A stretch of DNA of 64,000 nt from an uncultured Actinomycetes bacterium (GTDB lineage: Bacteria > Actinomycetota > UBA4738 > HRBIN12). Where the stretch lies: NCBI GenBank assembly GCA_963765865.1, contig CAVXYE010000007.1:277923-341922 (forward strand), written 5' to 3'. Below the pieces are notes generated by a model, which was not told the DNA's origin, made no database searches, and was given only the letters and a program-made list of their open reading frames with translations. Both the position numbers and the translations under genes were made by a program. Positions 27,355-37,519 of the stretch are shown piece after piece. Every line of letters begins with the position of its first letter. The stretch's first letter is position 1.

Positions 27355-28410
27355 TCAGGGGAGGATCACCATCTTCAATCCTGTCCCCGACCGGATCGTC
27401 TCGAACGCTTCCGCGATCTTGTCCAACGGGAATCGATGCGTGACCACGCGCGCGAGGTCATCCTGACGGCGATCGAGATAGTCCATCGTGATGCGGTACT
27501 GGCGGTGCGTGGCGCCGTAGGCGCCGAGGATCGAGAGCTCCTTGTAATGCAGCTCGTTCATGTCGAGCGGACTGACCGGGTCGTGCTTCGGGAGTCCGGC
27601 GAAGTAGACGACCTTCGCCCGCTTCGATGCCATCTCCAACGCGGCCTGCTGTCCCGCCTTCGCCGGCGCCGCGACGCTGATCCGCTCCGCACCGGCGCCG
27701 TCCGTCCGGGCCAGCAAGTCGCCGACGCCGTTGTCGTCTCCGGCGACCCACGCGTCGTCGATCAGATGACCGACCGCATCGGTCGCGACCTTCAATCGTT
27801 CCGCGGAGACGTCGGTCATGTAGACGCGGGACGCGCCGCGATCGCGCGCCATGACGGCCTGCCAACAGCCGATCGGCCCGGTGCCGATGATCATGACGGC
27901 GTCCCCGAGTCGCACGTCGAGCTGCTCGATCCCGTTCAGGGCGCACGCGAACGGATCGGCGACGGTCGCGAGGTCGGAGGGAAGTTCCGGTGGAAGGCCG
28001 ATCAGGTTCTTCGTCGCGATCGGTGGCACCGCCGCGTACTCGGCGTACGCGCCCGGATACGGGTCGTAGCCGTACAAGAGATGGTGTTCGCACAGGTTCT
28101 GGAAACCTTCGACGCACCAGCGGCACGTTCCGCAGGTGAGGATCGATCCGAGGAAGACGCGATCACCGAGCGAAACGTCGGACGGGAGTTGCGCCTGGGG
28201 GCCGACGCTCTCGAGGACGCCGACCGGTTCGTGACCGAGCTGCCACGGGGGCGGAGCCTTCGGATCCCCGTTGAAGAAGGTGCGGGCGTCCGTGCCGCAG
28301 ATGCCGCAGGCCTCGACGCGAAGGACCGCGCCGGCAGGATCGAGCTCCGGAGGCGCCACATCCTCGCGGACCTCCACGGCGTCGACCGCCGTCATGAAGG
28401 CTGCGCGCAT
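27355..28410 (-). CDS. Zn-dependent alcohol/polyol dehydrogenase (MDR family)
   Basis: GHEPVG (Zn ligand), structural-Zn Cys cluster CGTCRWC, GTGPIG NAD motif. ATG at 28410 with a 1-bp overlap on the aldolase stop. Confidence 0.85.
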   Translation of the reverse strand: MRAAFMTAVDAVEVREDVAPPELDPAGAVLRVEACGICGTDARTFFNGDPKAPPPWQLGHEPVGVLESVGPQAQLPSDVSLGDRVFLGSILTCGTCRWCVEGFQNLCEHHLLYGYDPYPGAYAEYAAVPPIATKNLIGLPPELPSDLATVADPFACALNGIEQLDVRLGDAVMIIGTGPIGCWQAVMARDRGASRVYMTDVSAERLKVATDAVGHLIDDAWVAGDDNGVGDLLARTDGAGAERISVAAPAKAGQQAALEMASKRAKVVYFAGLPKHDPVSPLDMNELHYKELSILGAYGATHRQYRITMDYLDRRQDDLARVVTHRFPLDKIAEAFETIRSGTGLKMVILP

Positions 28411-29237
28411 CACCCGTCCTCGTCGCTCATGGCCTGCAGGGCCTTCGCCGCGGTCCACCGCTCACGGATGACCCGCGCGAGGGCCCGGGTGATCGCCTCG
28501 GGCCGCGTGTGCATGAAGATGTTCCTCCCGACGGAGCACCCGATCGCCCCCGCTTCCATGGCCTGTTCCATCCGGTGGAGCAGCTCCGCATCTTCCAGCC
28601 GCGATCCCCCGGCAAGGACGACCGGAACGCCGCTCGCAGCCTCGACGCACCTCGCGAACGACTCTTGATCCCCCGGCCAGTTCGTCTTGACGATGTCGGC
28701 CCCCAGCTCCGCACACAGGCGGACGTTCCGGCGCAGGTACTCGAAGCCGTACTGCTGCTTGAGCGCCTCGACCGTCGCGTACGTGGTCGGGAACTCGGCC
28801 TCGGCGATGAACGGCATGCCGAGGGCGGCGCATTCGCGCCCGACCGTGGAAAGGATGTCGACCATGCCGGCCTCGGTGTCTCCTCCGAGGGCGGTGAACA
28901 GCACGACCGCATCGGCGCCCAGGATCAGCGCTTCCTCGACGTCGGCGATCTGCACGATCTCCGGACGGTCACCGCCGGGTCCCGCACTCGCCGACAGCAG
29001 CAGCGCCAGCGACGTCGTCGGAGCGAACGCCTCCTGAGCGACGCGGATCATGCCCTTGCTCATCATGATGACGTTCGCGCCGCCGGCGACCGCCTCTCGG
29101 GTCCGCGCTTCGATGTCGGCGAGTGGCTCGAGGAACGTCGGCGACGTCATCCCGTGGTCCAGCGCGCAGATCACCGACACACCGTCGGGATCGATCACCC
29201 GCTTGAGCCGCATCGCCTTCCCGACGTTCGCCGTCAT
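28410..29237 (-). CDS. Class I (DhnA/FbaB-type) aldolase family protein
   Basis: 275 aa TIM-barrel aldolase of the DeoC/FbaB superfamily. ATGA overlap with the GntR stop. Confidence 0.75.
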   Translation of the reverse strand: MTANVGKAMRLKRVIDPDGVSVICALDHGMTSPTFLEPLADIEARTREAVAGGANVIMMSKGMIRVAQEAFAPTTSLALLLSASAGPGGDRPEIVQIADVEEALILGADAVVLFTALGGDTEAGMVDILSTVGRECAALGMPFIAEAEFPTTYATVEALKQQYGFEYLRRNVRLCAELGADIVKTNWPGDQESFARCVEAASGVPVVLAGGSRLEDAELLHRMEQAMEAGAIGCSVGRNIFMHTRPEAITRALARVIRERWTAAKALQAMSDEDG

Positions 29238-29965
29238 GGGATCCTCCTTCCCGGTCCGCGACGGACCACCGTGAACTCGAACGCCTCGGCGAGGTGGTGC
29301 TCCTCGGAGAGGAGCACGGGGTCGCCGAGCTGATCGAAATCGATCTGACGGAGGAAGAGCGTCGGTACCCCCGGCTTCCCCTTCAGGAGCTTCGCGAGCG
29401 CTCGATCGCTGACCGTGGGCTCGATCGTCACGATACCGTTCGCGACGGCGTGACCGACCCGTTCGAGCACGTCGTACAGCGACCCGTCGACCGGCATGCT
29501 CGCGACGTCGCTCGCGGCGACGCGGGACGTCGAGACGAGATCGCGGGAGAACACGACGGGTCGGCCGTCCGCGGTTCGGACCCGCTCCAGGACGACGATC
29601 GGATCCCCGACCACCAGATCGAGGTCCCCGGCCACCTGTTCGGACGCGGCCTCGGTATGCACGGCGATCTGCATCGTGCCGGCGCGCATCCCCGCCGCTC
29701 GGATCGCCTCGGTGACGCCGAAGTTCACGTCCAGGTTGTTCCTGAGCCGAGGTCGTCGCGTGGCGTAGGTCCCCGCACCGCGGGTCCTGGTGACGAACCC
29801 GTCCTCCTCGAGGGAACGCAGCGCTTCTCGGAGGGTCGCTCTGGATACCCCGAGCTCTTCGGCGAGGTCGGGCTCGGCCGGGAGCTTCGCGCCTGGGGCG
29901 ACCCGACCGGAGGCGATCCGGGCCGCGAGCTCCTCACGGACCCTGAACGAGAGTCTCTTCTTCAC
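29234..29965 (-). CDS. GntR family transcriptional regulator (HutC subfamily, UTRA effector domain)
   Basis: C-terminal 243 aa of ORF 29234..31606. GTG at 29965 with SD AAGGAGGG. wHTH LPAEPDLAEELGVSRATLREALRSLEEDGFV. Confidence 0.8.
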   Translation of the reverse strand: MKKRLSFRVREELAARIASGRVAPGAKLPAEPDLAEELGVSRATLREALRSLEEDGFVTRTRGAGTYATRRPRLRNNLDVNFGVTEAIRAAGMRAGTMQIAVHTEAASEQVAGDLDLVVGDPIVVLERVRTADGRPVVFSRDLVSTSRVAASDVASMPVDGSLYDVLERVGHAVANGIVTIEPTVSDRALAKLLKGKPGVPTLFLRQIDFDQLGDPVLLSEEHHLAEAFEFTVVRRGPGRRIP

Positions 29966-29994
29966 CCGCCCTCCTTGCGCCGACCGAGGGTAGC

Positions 29995-30007
29995 TTTGTC
30001 TGACAAA
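29995..30007. promoter_or_regulatory. Perfect palindrome TTTGTC-T-GACAAA (GntR-type GT-N-AC operator candidate)
   Basis: Lies 30 nt upstream of the gntR GTG, in the divergent region. Confidence 0.45.
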
Positions 30008-30029
30008 TAACGTCAAACCGGGCGCCGGC

Positions 30030-30347
30030 GTGGGCCACCGTCGGCGTAGGCTGTGGGGGGTGGACACGCTGCTCGCTGTCGGTGGTCCCCGGCTCGATGC
30101 GCTCGGCGGTGGATGGGACGCCTGGCCGATCGTCGGGATCGTGATCGCCCTCTGGATCGGACGGCGCATCCTGCGGATCTCATGGGGTGCGCCGCTCCTC
30201 ATCGCCGCGCTCGTAGCCAGCCTTGCCTTGCCGCCCGCGATCCACGCGTGGGGGGTCGTGACGACCGCTGGGGTCATCTTGGTGCTGACGATCGCTCTCC
30301 TCGTCGGGCGTGCGAGCGGTTCTGCCAAACGGAACCGCGCCGTTTGA
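30030..30347 (+). CDS. Small hypothetical membrane protein (about 105 aa, 3 TM helices)
   Basis: GC-biased third positions. Bracketed by the two operator-like palindromes; the stop codon lies inside the second one. Start uncertain (GTG at 30030). Confidence 0.35.
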   Translation: MGHRRRRLWGVDTLLAVGGPRLDALGGGWDAWPIVGIVIALWIGRRILRISWGAPLLIAALVASLALPPAIHAWGVVTTAGVILVLTIALLVGRASGSAKRNRAV

Positions 30348-30355
30348 CAGACAAA
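30343..30355. promoter_or_regulatory. Second, imperfect copy of the operator-like site (TTTGAC-A-GACAAA)
   Basis: Shares the 15-nt core GCTTTGTCTG(A/T)CAAA with the first site, in opposite orientation. Lies 58 nt upstream of the permease ATG. Confidence 0.4.
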
Positions 30356-30412
30356 GCACGATGTGGCTCCATACCCGCCGAGAGCCCGGCTGCGGTGAGA
30401 GAGGAGGGGCCG

Positions 30413-32074
30413 ATGTCGGAACGCAAGGTCGGGTCCGTCACCTACCAGGAGGTCGGTGAGGACTACTTCAAGCAGCGCGGCCTCCGGCGTCACGCCGGCG
30501 TGGTGTCGCTGTGGGCGCTCGGGGTCGGCGCCGTCATCTCCGGCGAGTACTACGGCTGGAACTTCGGCCTCAGCACCGGTGGTTTCGGGGGCCTGCTCCT
30601 CGCCGGCGTCGTGATGGCCGTCATGTATTACGGCCTCGTCTACTCGATCGCCGAGATGTCGCCCGCCCTGCCCCACACCGGCGGCGCCTACTCGTTCGCG
30701 CGTTCGGCGATGGGACCGTGGGGCGGATTCCTCACCGGCTTGGCCGAGAACATGGAGTACGTGATCACACCCGCGGTCGTCGCAGGGGCGATGGCCCTGT
30801 TGATGCAGACGATCGTCACGGGCCTGTTCGACGTCGGTGGGACCTTCGTTGACGGGAAGCTCACGGACATCGCGTGGTGGAACAGCCTGCCGGTGTGGAT
30901 GGCCGTGTTCTACGTCATCTTCGTGTGGATCAACATCGTCGGGATCGAAGCCACGATGCGATTCACCGTCACGATCACCGTGCTCTCGATCGCGGTGCTC
31001 GTCTTCTTCTTCCTCGCGACGATCTTCTCCGGCAAGTTCGACTCGAGCTTCTGGACGAACATCCCGAAGGATTGGGACGGAGAGTCCGCGTTGCTCGCCG
31101 GGGGCGGTGGACCATTCCTGCCGTTCGGCATCGCCGGGATCTTCAAGGCGCTTCCGTTCGCGATCTGGTTCTTCCTCGCCATCGAGGAGGTACCGCTCGC
31201 GGCCGAGGAGTCGATGGATCCCCGGCGCGACGTCCCGAAGGGGTCGGTGCTGGCGATGCACACCTTGTTGATCGCCGCCATCCTGACCCTGTTCCTCAAC
31301 ACCGGTCTGCCGGAGGGGGCCGGCTTCTACGGCTCGTCCGCGTTCCCGCTCCTGGACGGGTTCACGGCGATCTTCGGAACGGGAAAGGTGACCTACCTCC
31401 TCGGGTTGCTGTTCATGATCGGGTTGATCGCGAGCTTCTTCACGATCATCTTCGCCTATGGTCGGAACACGTTCTCCCTGTCGCGGGCCGGCTACTTCCC
31501 GAAGTTCTTGTCGGTGACGCACGGGGAGCGGAAGACCCCGCACGTCGCCCTGATCGCAGGCGCCATCGTCGGGTACGCGGTCGCGGTACTCGTCTACATC
31601 CTCCAAGAGAAGGCGCTGGGCGCGAAGATCGTCGCGGCCTTGCTGAACATGGCCGTCTTCGCCGCGGTGATCTCGTACATCTTCCAGATGACGTCGTTCG
31701 TGGTCCTCCGGAGGAAGCTGCCGAACATCGAGCGACCGTATCGGAGTCGTTGGGGGATCCCCGGGGCGGTCATCGCGGGGGCCTTGGCCGCGACCGCCCT
31801 GGTCGCGATCTTCTTGAACGACGCGTATCGACCCGGCGTCTATGGGGTCGCGATCTACTACGTCCTCGGGGTCTTGTACTTCGCGATCGCGGGACGGAAC
31901 CGCCTCGTGCTTTCACCGGAGGAGGAGTTCGCGCTCACGCAGGGTTCACGCGGCATCCCGGGCCAGGAGGGCTACGTGACCACGGCCGCCGAACAGGAGG
32001 CGATCCTCGGTGGTGGTACGGCGAGCGCACCCCCGCCCACGTCACCTCCACCGATGTCACCGCCGTCCGAGTAG
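30413..32074 (+). CDS. APC superfamily amino acid/amine permease
   Basis: ORF 30053..32074, trimmed to the ATG at 30413 (SD GAGAGGAGGGG). 12 TM helices. C-terminal Pro-rich tail. Confidence 0.85.
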   Translation: MSERKVGSVTYQEVGEDYFKQRGLRRHAGVVSLWALGVGAVISGEYYGWNFGLSTGGFGGLLLAGVVMAVMYYGLVYSIAEMSPALPHTGGAYSFARSAMGPWGGFLTGLAENMEYVITPAVVAGAMALLMQTIVTGLFDVGGTFVDGKLTDIAWWNSLPVWMAVFYVIFVWINIVGIEATMRFTVTITVLSIAVLVFFFLATIFSGKFDSSFWTNIPKDWDGESALLAGGGGPFLPFGIAGIFKALPFAIWFFLAIEEVPLAAEESMDPRRDVPKGSVLAMHTLLIAAILTLFLNTGLPEGAGFYGSSAFPLLDGFTAIFGTGKVTYLLGLLFMIGLIASFFTIIFAYGRNTFSLSRAGYFPKFLSVTHGERKTPHVALIAGAIVGYAVAVLVYILQEKALGAKIVAALLNMAVFAAVISYIFQMTSFVVLRRKLPNIERPYRSRWGIPGAVIAGALAATALVAIFLNDAYRPGVYGVAIYYVLGVLYFAIAGRNRLVLSPEEEFALTQGSRGIPGQEGYVTTAAEQEAILGGGTASAPPPTSPPPMSPPSE

Positions 32075-32142
32075 TCCCGACCCATCGCGGGGCGGCGGGC
32101 GATCCGCCCGCCGCCCCGCGACCGTGACGGCGAGGAGGCGAG

Positions 32143-33525
32143 ATGCAGCGGCAGGGGATGCTCACCATCGAGGAGCTCCAGGAGCTCGCCCGGAACAACC
32201 GGATCGACACCGTCCTCTGCATGTTCACCGACCTCCAGGGCCGGTACATGGGCAAGCGGGTGCTCCCGGACTTCTTCATCGAGGAGATCTTGGGCGCGGA
32301 AGGCCTGCACGCCTGTCTGTACCTGCTGGCGATCGACATGGAGATGGAGCCGCTCCCCGGGTACCGGTACGCCAGCTGGGAGACCGGCTACGGCGACTTC
32401 CGGATGATCCCGGATCTCACGACCCTCCGCTGGTGCCCGTGGATCGACAAGACCGCGATGGTGCTCTGCGACATCGCCGACGAGGACACGAGCGAGCCGG
32501 TCGCCGTCGCTCCTCGCCAGATCCTGAAGGACCAGATCGCGAAGGCCGCCGCCCAGGGGTATCAGGTCAAGACCGGGTCGGAGCTCGAGTTCTACCTCTT
32601 CAAGGACTCGTTCGACGATCTGGCGGAGCGCGCCTACCGAGATCCACGGCCGAGCTCCCCGTACATCATGGACTACCACATGCTGCAGACCACGAAAGAC
32701 GAGTGGTTCATCCGCCAGGTCCGCAACCACATGCGCGGTGCCGGTGTCCCGATCGAATTCTCCAAGGGGGAGTTCGGCAAGGGCCAGCACGAGATCAACA
32801 TCACCTACTCGGACGCGCTGTCGAACGCCGACCATCACGCGATCTACAAGCACGGTGCGAAGGAGATCGCCGCGCTCAGCGGCGTGGCGCTCACGTTCAT
32901 GGCGAAGTGGACGATGGCCGAGGCCGGTTCCTCGTGCCACCTCCATTCCAGCGTGTGGGACGTGGACGGTTCGGAGTCGCTCATGTGGGGCGGCGACACG
33001 CCGCCCCACATGAGCGACACCTTCCGGTGGTACCTGGGCGGCCTGATGACCACCGCGCGCGAGATGGCCTGGATGTACGCGCCCTTCGTCAACTCCTACA
33101 AGCGCTACCAGCTGGGATCGTGGGCACCGACCGCGATCGTGTGGAGCCGCGACAACCGCACGTGCGGGTTCCGCACGGTCGGCGAGCACACGGGGTTCCG
33201 CGTGGAATGCCGGTTGCCGGGCGCCGACGCGAACCCGTACCTCGCCTTCGCCGCCACGATCGCGAGCGGGATGTGGGGGATCCGCAACAAGGTGGAACCA
33301 CCGGAGATGTTCCACGGCAACGCCTACGAGGCCAAGGACGTCCCCCGTGTCCCGACCTCGTTGCACGAGGCGGTCGAGACGTTCCGCGGATCGACGGTCG
33401 CACGCGAGGCGTTCGGGGACTTCGTGTTCGAGCACCTGTTGAACACGGCCGAACAGGAACAGATCATCTTCGACAACACGTGCGTGACCGACTGGGAGCT
33501 GGCCCGGTACTTCGAGCGCGGGTGA
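32143..33525 (+). CDS. Glutamine synthetase family protein (GlnA3/PuuA-like gamma-glutamyl-amine ligase)
   Basis: 460 aa. GS catalytic-domain motifs (KGEFGKGQHEIN, SGMWGIRNK). Confidence 0.85.
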   Translation: MQRQGMLTIEELQELARNNRIDTVLCMFTDLQGRYMGKRVLPDFFIEEILGAEGLHACLYLLAIDMEMEPLPGYRYASWETGYGDFRMIPDLTTLRWCPWIDKTAMVLCDIADEDTSEPVAVAPRQILKDQIAKAAAQGYQVKTGSELEFYLFKDSFDDLAERAYRDPRPSSPYIMDYHMLQTTKDEWFIRQVRNHMRGAGVPIEFSKGEFGKGQHEINITYSDALSNADHHAIYKHGAKEIAALSGVALTFMAKWTMAEAGSSCHLHSSVWDVDGSESLMWGGDTPPHMSDTFRWYLGGLMTTAREMAWMYAPFVNSYKRYQLGSWAPTAIVWSRDNRTCGFRTVGEHTGFRVECRLPGADANPYLAFAATIASGMWGIRNKVEPPEMFHGNAYEAKDVPRVPTSLHEAVETFRGSTVAREAFGDFVFEHLLNTAEQEQIIFDNTCVTDWELARYFERG

Positions 33526-33530
33526 GCGCG

Positions 33531-34575
33531 ATGGCAGACCTGAACGTCATCCCGTACCGACCTGAGCGGAGCGACTACGCGTGGACGTTCGGTGGCGCCG
33601 ATCCGGTGATGACGGTGAAGCCCGGGGACGTGCTCGAGCTCTGGACGGATGACTGCTTCACGGGACTCGTCAGCACCGTCGACGACCTGGCGTCGGAGAA
33701 GATCACGTTCCCGTTCCTGAACCCGCAGACGGGACCGTTCTTCGTCGAGGGGGCGGAGCCCGGCGACACGCTGGCGTTGCATCTCGTCTCCCTCGAACCC
33801 GCGAGGGACTGGGGCGTCTCGACGACCTTCCCGCTGTTCGGCGCGCTCACCTCGACCCTCGCGACGGTGACGCTGCAGGATCCGCTCGAGGAGCTCGTCT
33901 GGATCTACGAGGTGGACGCGACGCGGCGCACCGTCCGCTACGAAGCCCGGCGCAGCGACCACACCGTCGAGCTCCCGCTCGAGCCGATGCACGGCACGGT
34001 GGGCGTGGCGCCGGCCAACCTCGAGGCGCGCTCGGCACTGGTTCCCGGCCCGCACGGCGGCAACATGGACACGCCGGAGATGCGCGCGGGCACCACGTGT
34101 TACCTCGGCGTCAACGTTCCGGGCGCGCTGTTCTCGATCGGAGACGGCCATTACCGCCAGGGTGAGGGCGAGACGTGTGGCGTGGCCGTCGAAGGAGCGA
34201 TGGAGACCACGTTGATCGTCGATCTGATCAAGGGCCGCCAGACGCCCTGGCCGCGCTTGGAGGACGAGACCTACATCATGTCGACGGGTTCCGCGCGCCC
34301 GCTCGAGGATGCGTTCCGGATCGCCCACGGCGACCTGGTCCTGTGGCTCGTCGAGGAGTCCGGCCTGGACAAGCTCGACGCCTACCAGTTGGTGACGCAG
34401 ATCTCGGAGAGCCCCGTCGCGAACGTCTGCGACCCGAACTACACGTTCGTCGCGAAGGCCAGGAAGGAGTACCTCCCGGGTCGCGAGGTATACGGGCAGA
34501 CGCACGGCGGCTCGTGGAGATGGCAGTCGGCGTACCGGCGAGGCCCGAGGGAGCGAACCCGCTCCCTCATCCTGA
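33531..34575 (+). CDS. Acetamidase/formamidase (FmdA_AmdA) family amidase; no in-frame stop, 3' end uncertain
   Basis: MADLNVIPYRPE... is confidently family-like for about 316 aa. After about 34480 the frame becomes R-rich with rare codons and runs without a stop into the permease ATG at 34710. The only stop in the region (TGA at 34573) is in another frame. Confidence 0.55.
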
Positions 34576-34709
34576 CGGAGTACGTCCGAGGATTTCGCCT
34601 CGAGCGACGGCTGGACAGGCCCGCCCTCCGGTGCAACGATTCGCGCGACGTCAGCTGGTGGGGAACGCCCGCTCGACGGGCGCCTCCACCATTCGGGAGG
34701 GGGTGCCGC

Positions 34710-36259
34710 ATGGCAAGCCGAACCGACGAACAGGCGATGATCTCGGAGAAGGTCGCGCCGGTCCTCGTGGCGAGGACGCTCGGGCCGTTCGACCTCGTCG
34801 TGATCTTCGTCGCGATCGTCCTGTTCATCAACAACGCGGCGGGGGTGCAGGCCGCGGGACCGTCGATCTTCGTCTTCTGGATCCTCGCGTTCGCGACGTT
34901 CCTGATCACCGGCGGGTTCATCACCGCGCAGCTCGGCCGGATGTTCCCCGAGGAGGGATCCCTCTACGTGTGGACCCACAAGGTCCTGGGCCCGTTCTGG
35001 GGGTTCTTCGCCGGGTTCGTCGCCTGGTGGCCCGGCCCGATCTCGCTCGTGTTCATCGGGATCCTCGTGGCCAACTTCCTCCAATCGTTCGCGTCGTTCT
35101 TCACGTGCAACGGCGCGCCGTGCGAGATCCTCACGAAGAACTGGCAACTCGGGCTCGTGGTGCTCGCCGTCCTCTGGTTCAGCGCTTCGATGTCGTACCT
35201 GAAGATGCGCGTGACGCAGAACTACGTGAACGTACAGTTCTGGGCGTACGTCTCAGTGATCTTCTTGATCGGCCTCTCCGGCGTGATCTGGCTCCTGAAG
35301 GGGAACCCGTCCTCGACCTCGTTCGCCACGGGGTGGAACCCGTTCCAGGGCGAGCACGCTCGCGCTCGGACTTCCCGCGAACCTGACGTTCTTCTCCTTC
35401 GCGATCCTCGCCCTCCTCGGGATCGAGACGCCCCTGAACATGGGGGTCGAGGTCACGGGCGGCGAGAAGGCGATCAGGACGTTCCTGTTCTGGGGCAGCA
35501 TCATCGTGATGGCCGCCTACCTCTGGGCTACCTGGGGCAACATGGTCGTGATCGAGGCCGGAGGGGCGAACGGCACGACGGGCGGCGCGGAGACCGTCGG
35601 GCTCGCGATCGGCAAGTGGGCGGGAGCGCATCGTCTCGATCGTCATGGCGTGGGTGTTCCTGACCGTGGCGGTCGTCTACAACTACTCCTTCGGCCGACT
35701 GCTGTTCGTGTCCGGGCTGGAGAAGCGCCTCCCCCACCAGTTCGGCAAGGTCAACCGGAACAAGGTACCGGCGAACGCGATCACCTTGCAGACGGCGATC
35801 TCCACGATCCTCGCGATCTTCGTGTTCTTCATCGTGGGACGCGGAGAGGCAGACCCGTATAAGGCCTTCTACGTCCTCTACGCGGGCGTGACGATCGTGT
35901 GGTGCATCTCGACCGCGTTGTTGTTCCTCGACATCTTCTTCGCGAAGCGAGCCGAGCCGGAGCGGTTCGAGCAGGAGCGCCGGATCCCCGTCGGATGGCT
36001 CTTCGTCTGCGGCGCGGTCGGGTTCGTGGTCAACGTCCTGGCGGTGATGTTCATCTTCGTTGGGTCGTGGTACCCGACGGGATTCCCGGTCCTCAAGGTG
36101 TGGAACGAGTGGATGCTCGCGTTCACGGCCGTCTCCGTGATCTCGGGGATCGCGATCTACCTGATCTCGCAGCGCACGCGTCGCGGGAAGACCGACGTGG
36201 AGCTCCTCGGCGAGGGTGCGGCGACCCAGGAGATCGCGGAGGACACGTCCATGGCGTGA
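34710..36259 (+). pseudogene. APC superfamily permease, disrupted by two +1 frameshifts (or sequencing indels) at GGG runs near 35349 and 35623
   Basis: The protein continues across three frames: ...GWNPFQG | ASTLALGLPANLTFFSFAILALLGIETP...AIGKWA | ERIVSIVMAWVFLTV... Confidence 0.7.
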
Positions 36260-36287
36260 CCCGCTTCGACGCACGGAGGGCAGTGAT

Positions 36288-36314
36288 GGGGCCCCGCCCG
36301 AAGGGCGGGGCCCC
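36288..36314. terminator. GC-rich hairpin (12-bp perfect stem, GAA loop) between convergent genes; probable bidirectional terminator without a U-tract
   Basis: GGGGCCCCGCCC-GAA-GGGCGGGGCCCC. Confidence 0.5.
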
Positions 36315-36334
36315 ATCGCATCCGGGAACGTCCC

Positions 36335-37507
36335 TCAGCCGCTCAGGCCGTGCAGGCCTCGACAGCTGTCGCCGAGGATGAGCTCTCCGAGGCGGTGGGC
36401 CTCGTCGACCGCGACGTAGTCGCGGTCGACGAGGCGCCCGAGGACCCGTTGGAGCGCGGCCCGAGCCATCAGGGCCGCGACCCAGAAGCCCTCGGGCTCG
36501 CCCGCCTCATCCGATCCGTACATGATCTTCGCGGCGGGGACGGAGCCCACGATGAGGTCGAGCGCGGGCTCGACCTGTCCCCACCCCCACGGGATGAGCT
36601 CGGAGAGCTCGAGGTAGACGTTCGGCAGGACCGAGGCGATGAACGCCCCCTCCTCGACCCAGGGGAACCCGCTGTGCACCAGCACGACCGGTTGGTGCTG
36701 GACGTCGACCAGCAACGGGAACAACCCCTTGGGCGACGCGTGCTCCAGGTCGATGTCGGGGTCCCCGCCGCCGCAGTGGAAATGGAACGCTCGGTCGTGC
36801 GCCTTGGCGACCGCGAGCGTTCGCCGGATCAGGAAGTCCCTGACCGGTTTCGCGTGCGCCCGCGTCTCGCCCCAGCCGTCGGCGCGCCAGCGCGTGAAGG
36901 CCTCCGCCGCCTCCGACGGCGAGGGATCGCCGACGTCCAGGCCGGTCCGGTACGCGACGATCGACTTGTACGCGACGCAGTTCGGGTCGGAGGCGGCCTC
37001 GGTCGCATCGGCCTCCACGCCGGCGACCAGGTCATCGAACGTCCCTTCGCGTCTCGCGAGGATCCACGGCTCCAGGCGCGCGACGCGGTGCACCGGCACG
37101 CCGATCGTCCCGGCGAACTCCGGCGCGGGGATCGGCGGCTGCGGGTAGCCCTCATCGGCGAGGACCGCCACCACACCGGCCGCATCGAGGAGGCTCTTCG
37201 TGTACGCCACGGGGTCGGCGCGCAACGCGACCTCGCGCGCGGCCGCGACCGCCTCGCGCGTGGGCTCGCACTCGAGGTGACGCGCGAGCCAACGCACGAT
37301 CGTGATCCCCATCACCGTCGAGTCCGTCAGCCGGTCCGCGGTCGGCCACAGCTCCGGATCCAGCCGCGACGACGAGGAGAACGACTCGCCGAGGAAGGTC
37401 GCTCGGGTGTCGAAGCCTTCGGACCCCTTCTCGAGCAAGTCCTCCATGCGATAGGGATGCGTATGCGCGTCGACGATCTGGAGACCCGACAGGTCGACGT
37501 CAGCCAT
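36335..37507 (-). CDS. Amidohydrolase-2 (PF04909-like) metal-dependent TIM-barrel hydrolase
   Basis: 390 aa. N-terminal IVDAHTH metal-binding motif. Confidence 0.75.
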   Translation of the reverse strand: MADVDLSGLQIVDAHTHPYRMEDLLEKGSEGFDTRATFLGESFSSSSRLDPELWPTADRLTDSTVMGITIVRWLARHLECEPTREAVAAAREVALRADPVAYTKSLLDAAGVVAVLADEGYPQPPIPAPEFAGTIGVPVHRVARLEPWILARREGTFDDLVAGVEADATEAASDPNCVAYKSIVAYRTGLDVGDPSPSEAAEAFTRWRADGWGETRAHAKPVRDFLIRRTLAVAKAHDRAFHFHCGGGDPDIDLEHASPKGLFPLLVDVQHQPVVLVHSGFPWVEEGAFIASVLPNVYLELSELIPWGWGQVEPALDLIVGSVPAAKIMYGSDEAGEPEGFWVAALMARAALQRVLGRLVDRDYVAVDEAHRLGELILGDSCRGLHGLSG

Positions 37508-37519
37508 CGAGCCCTCCGC

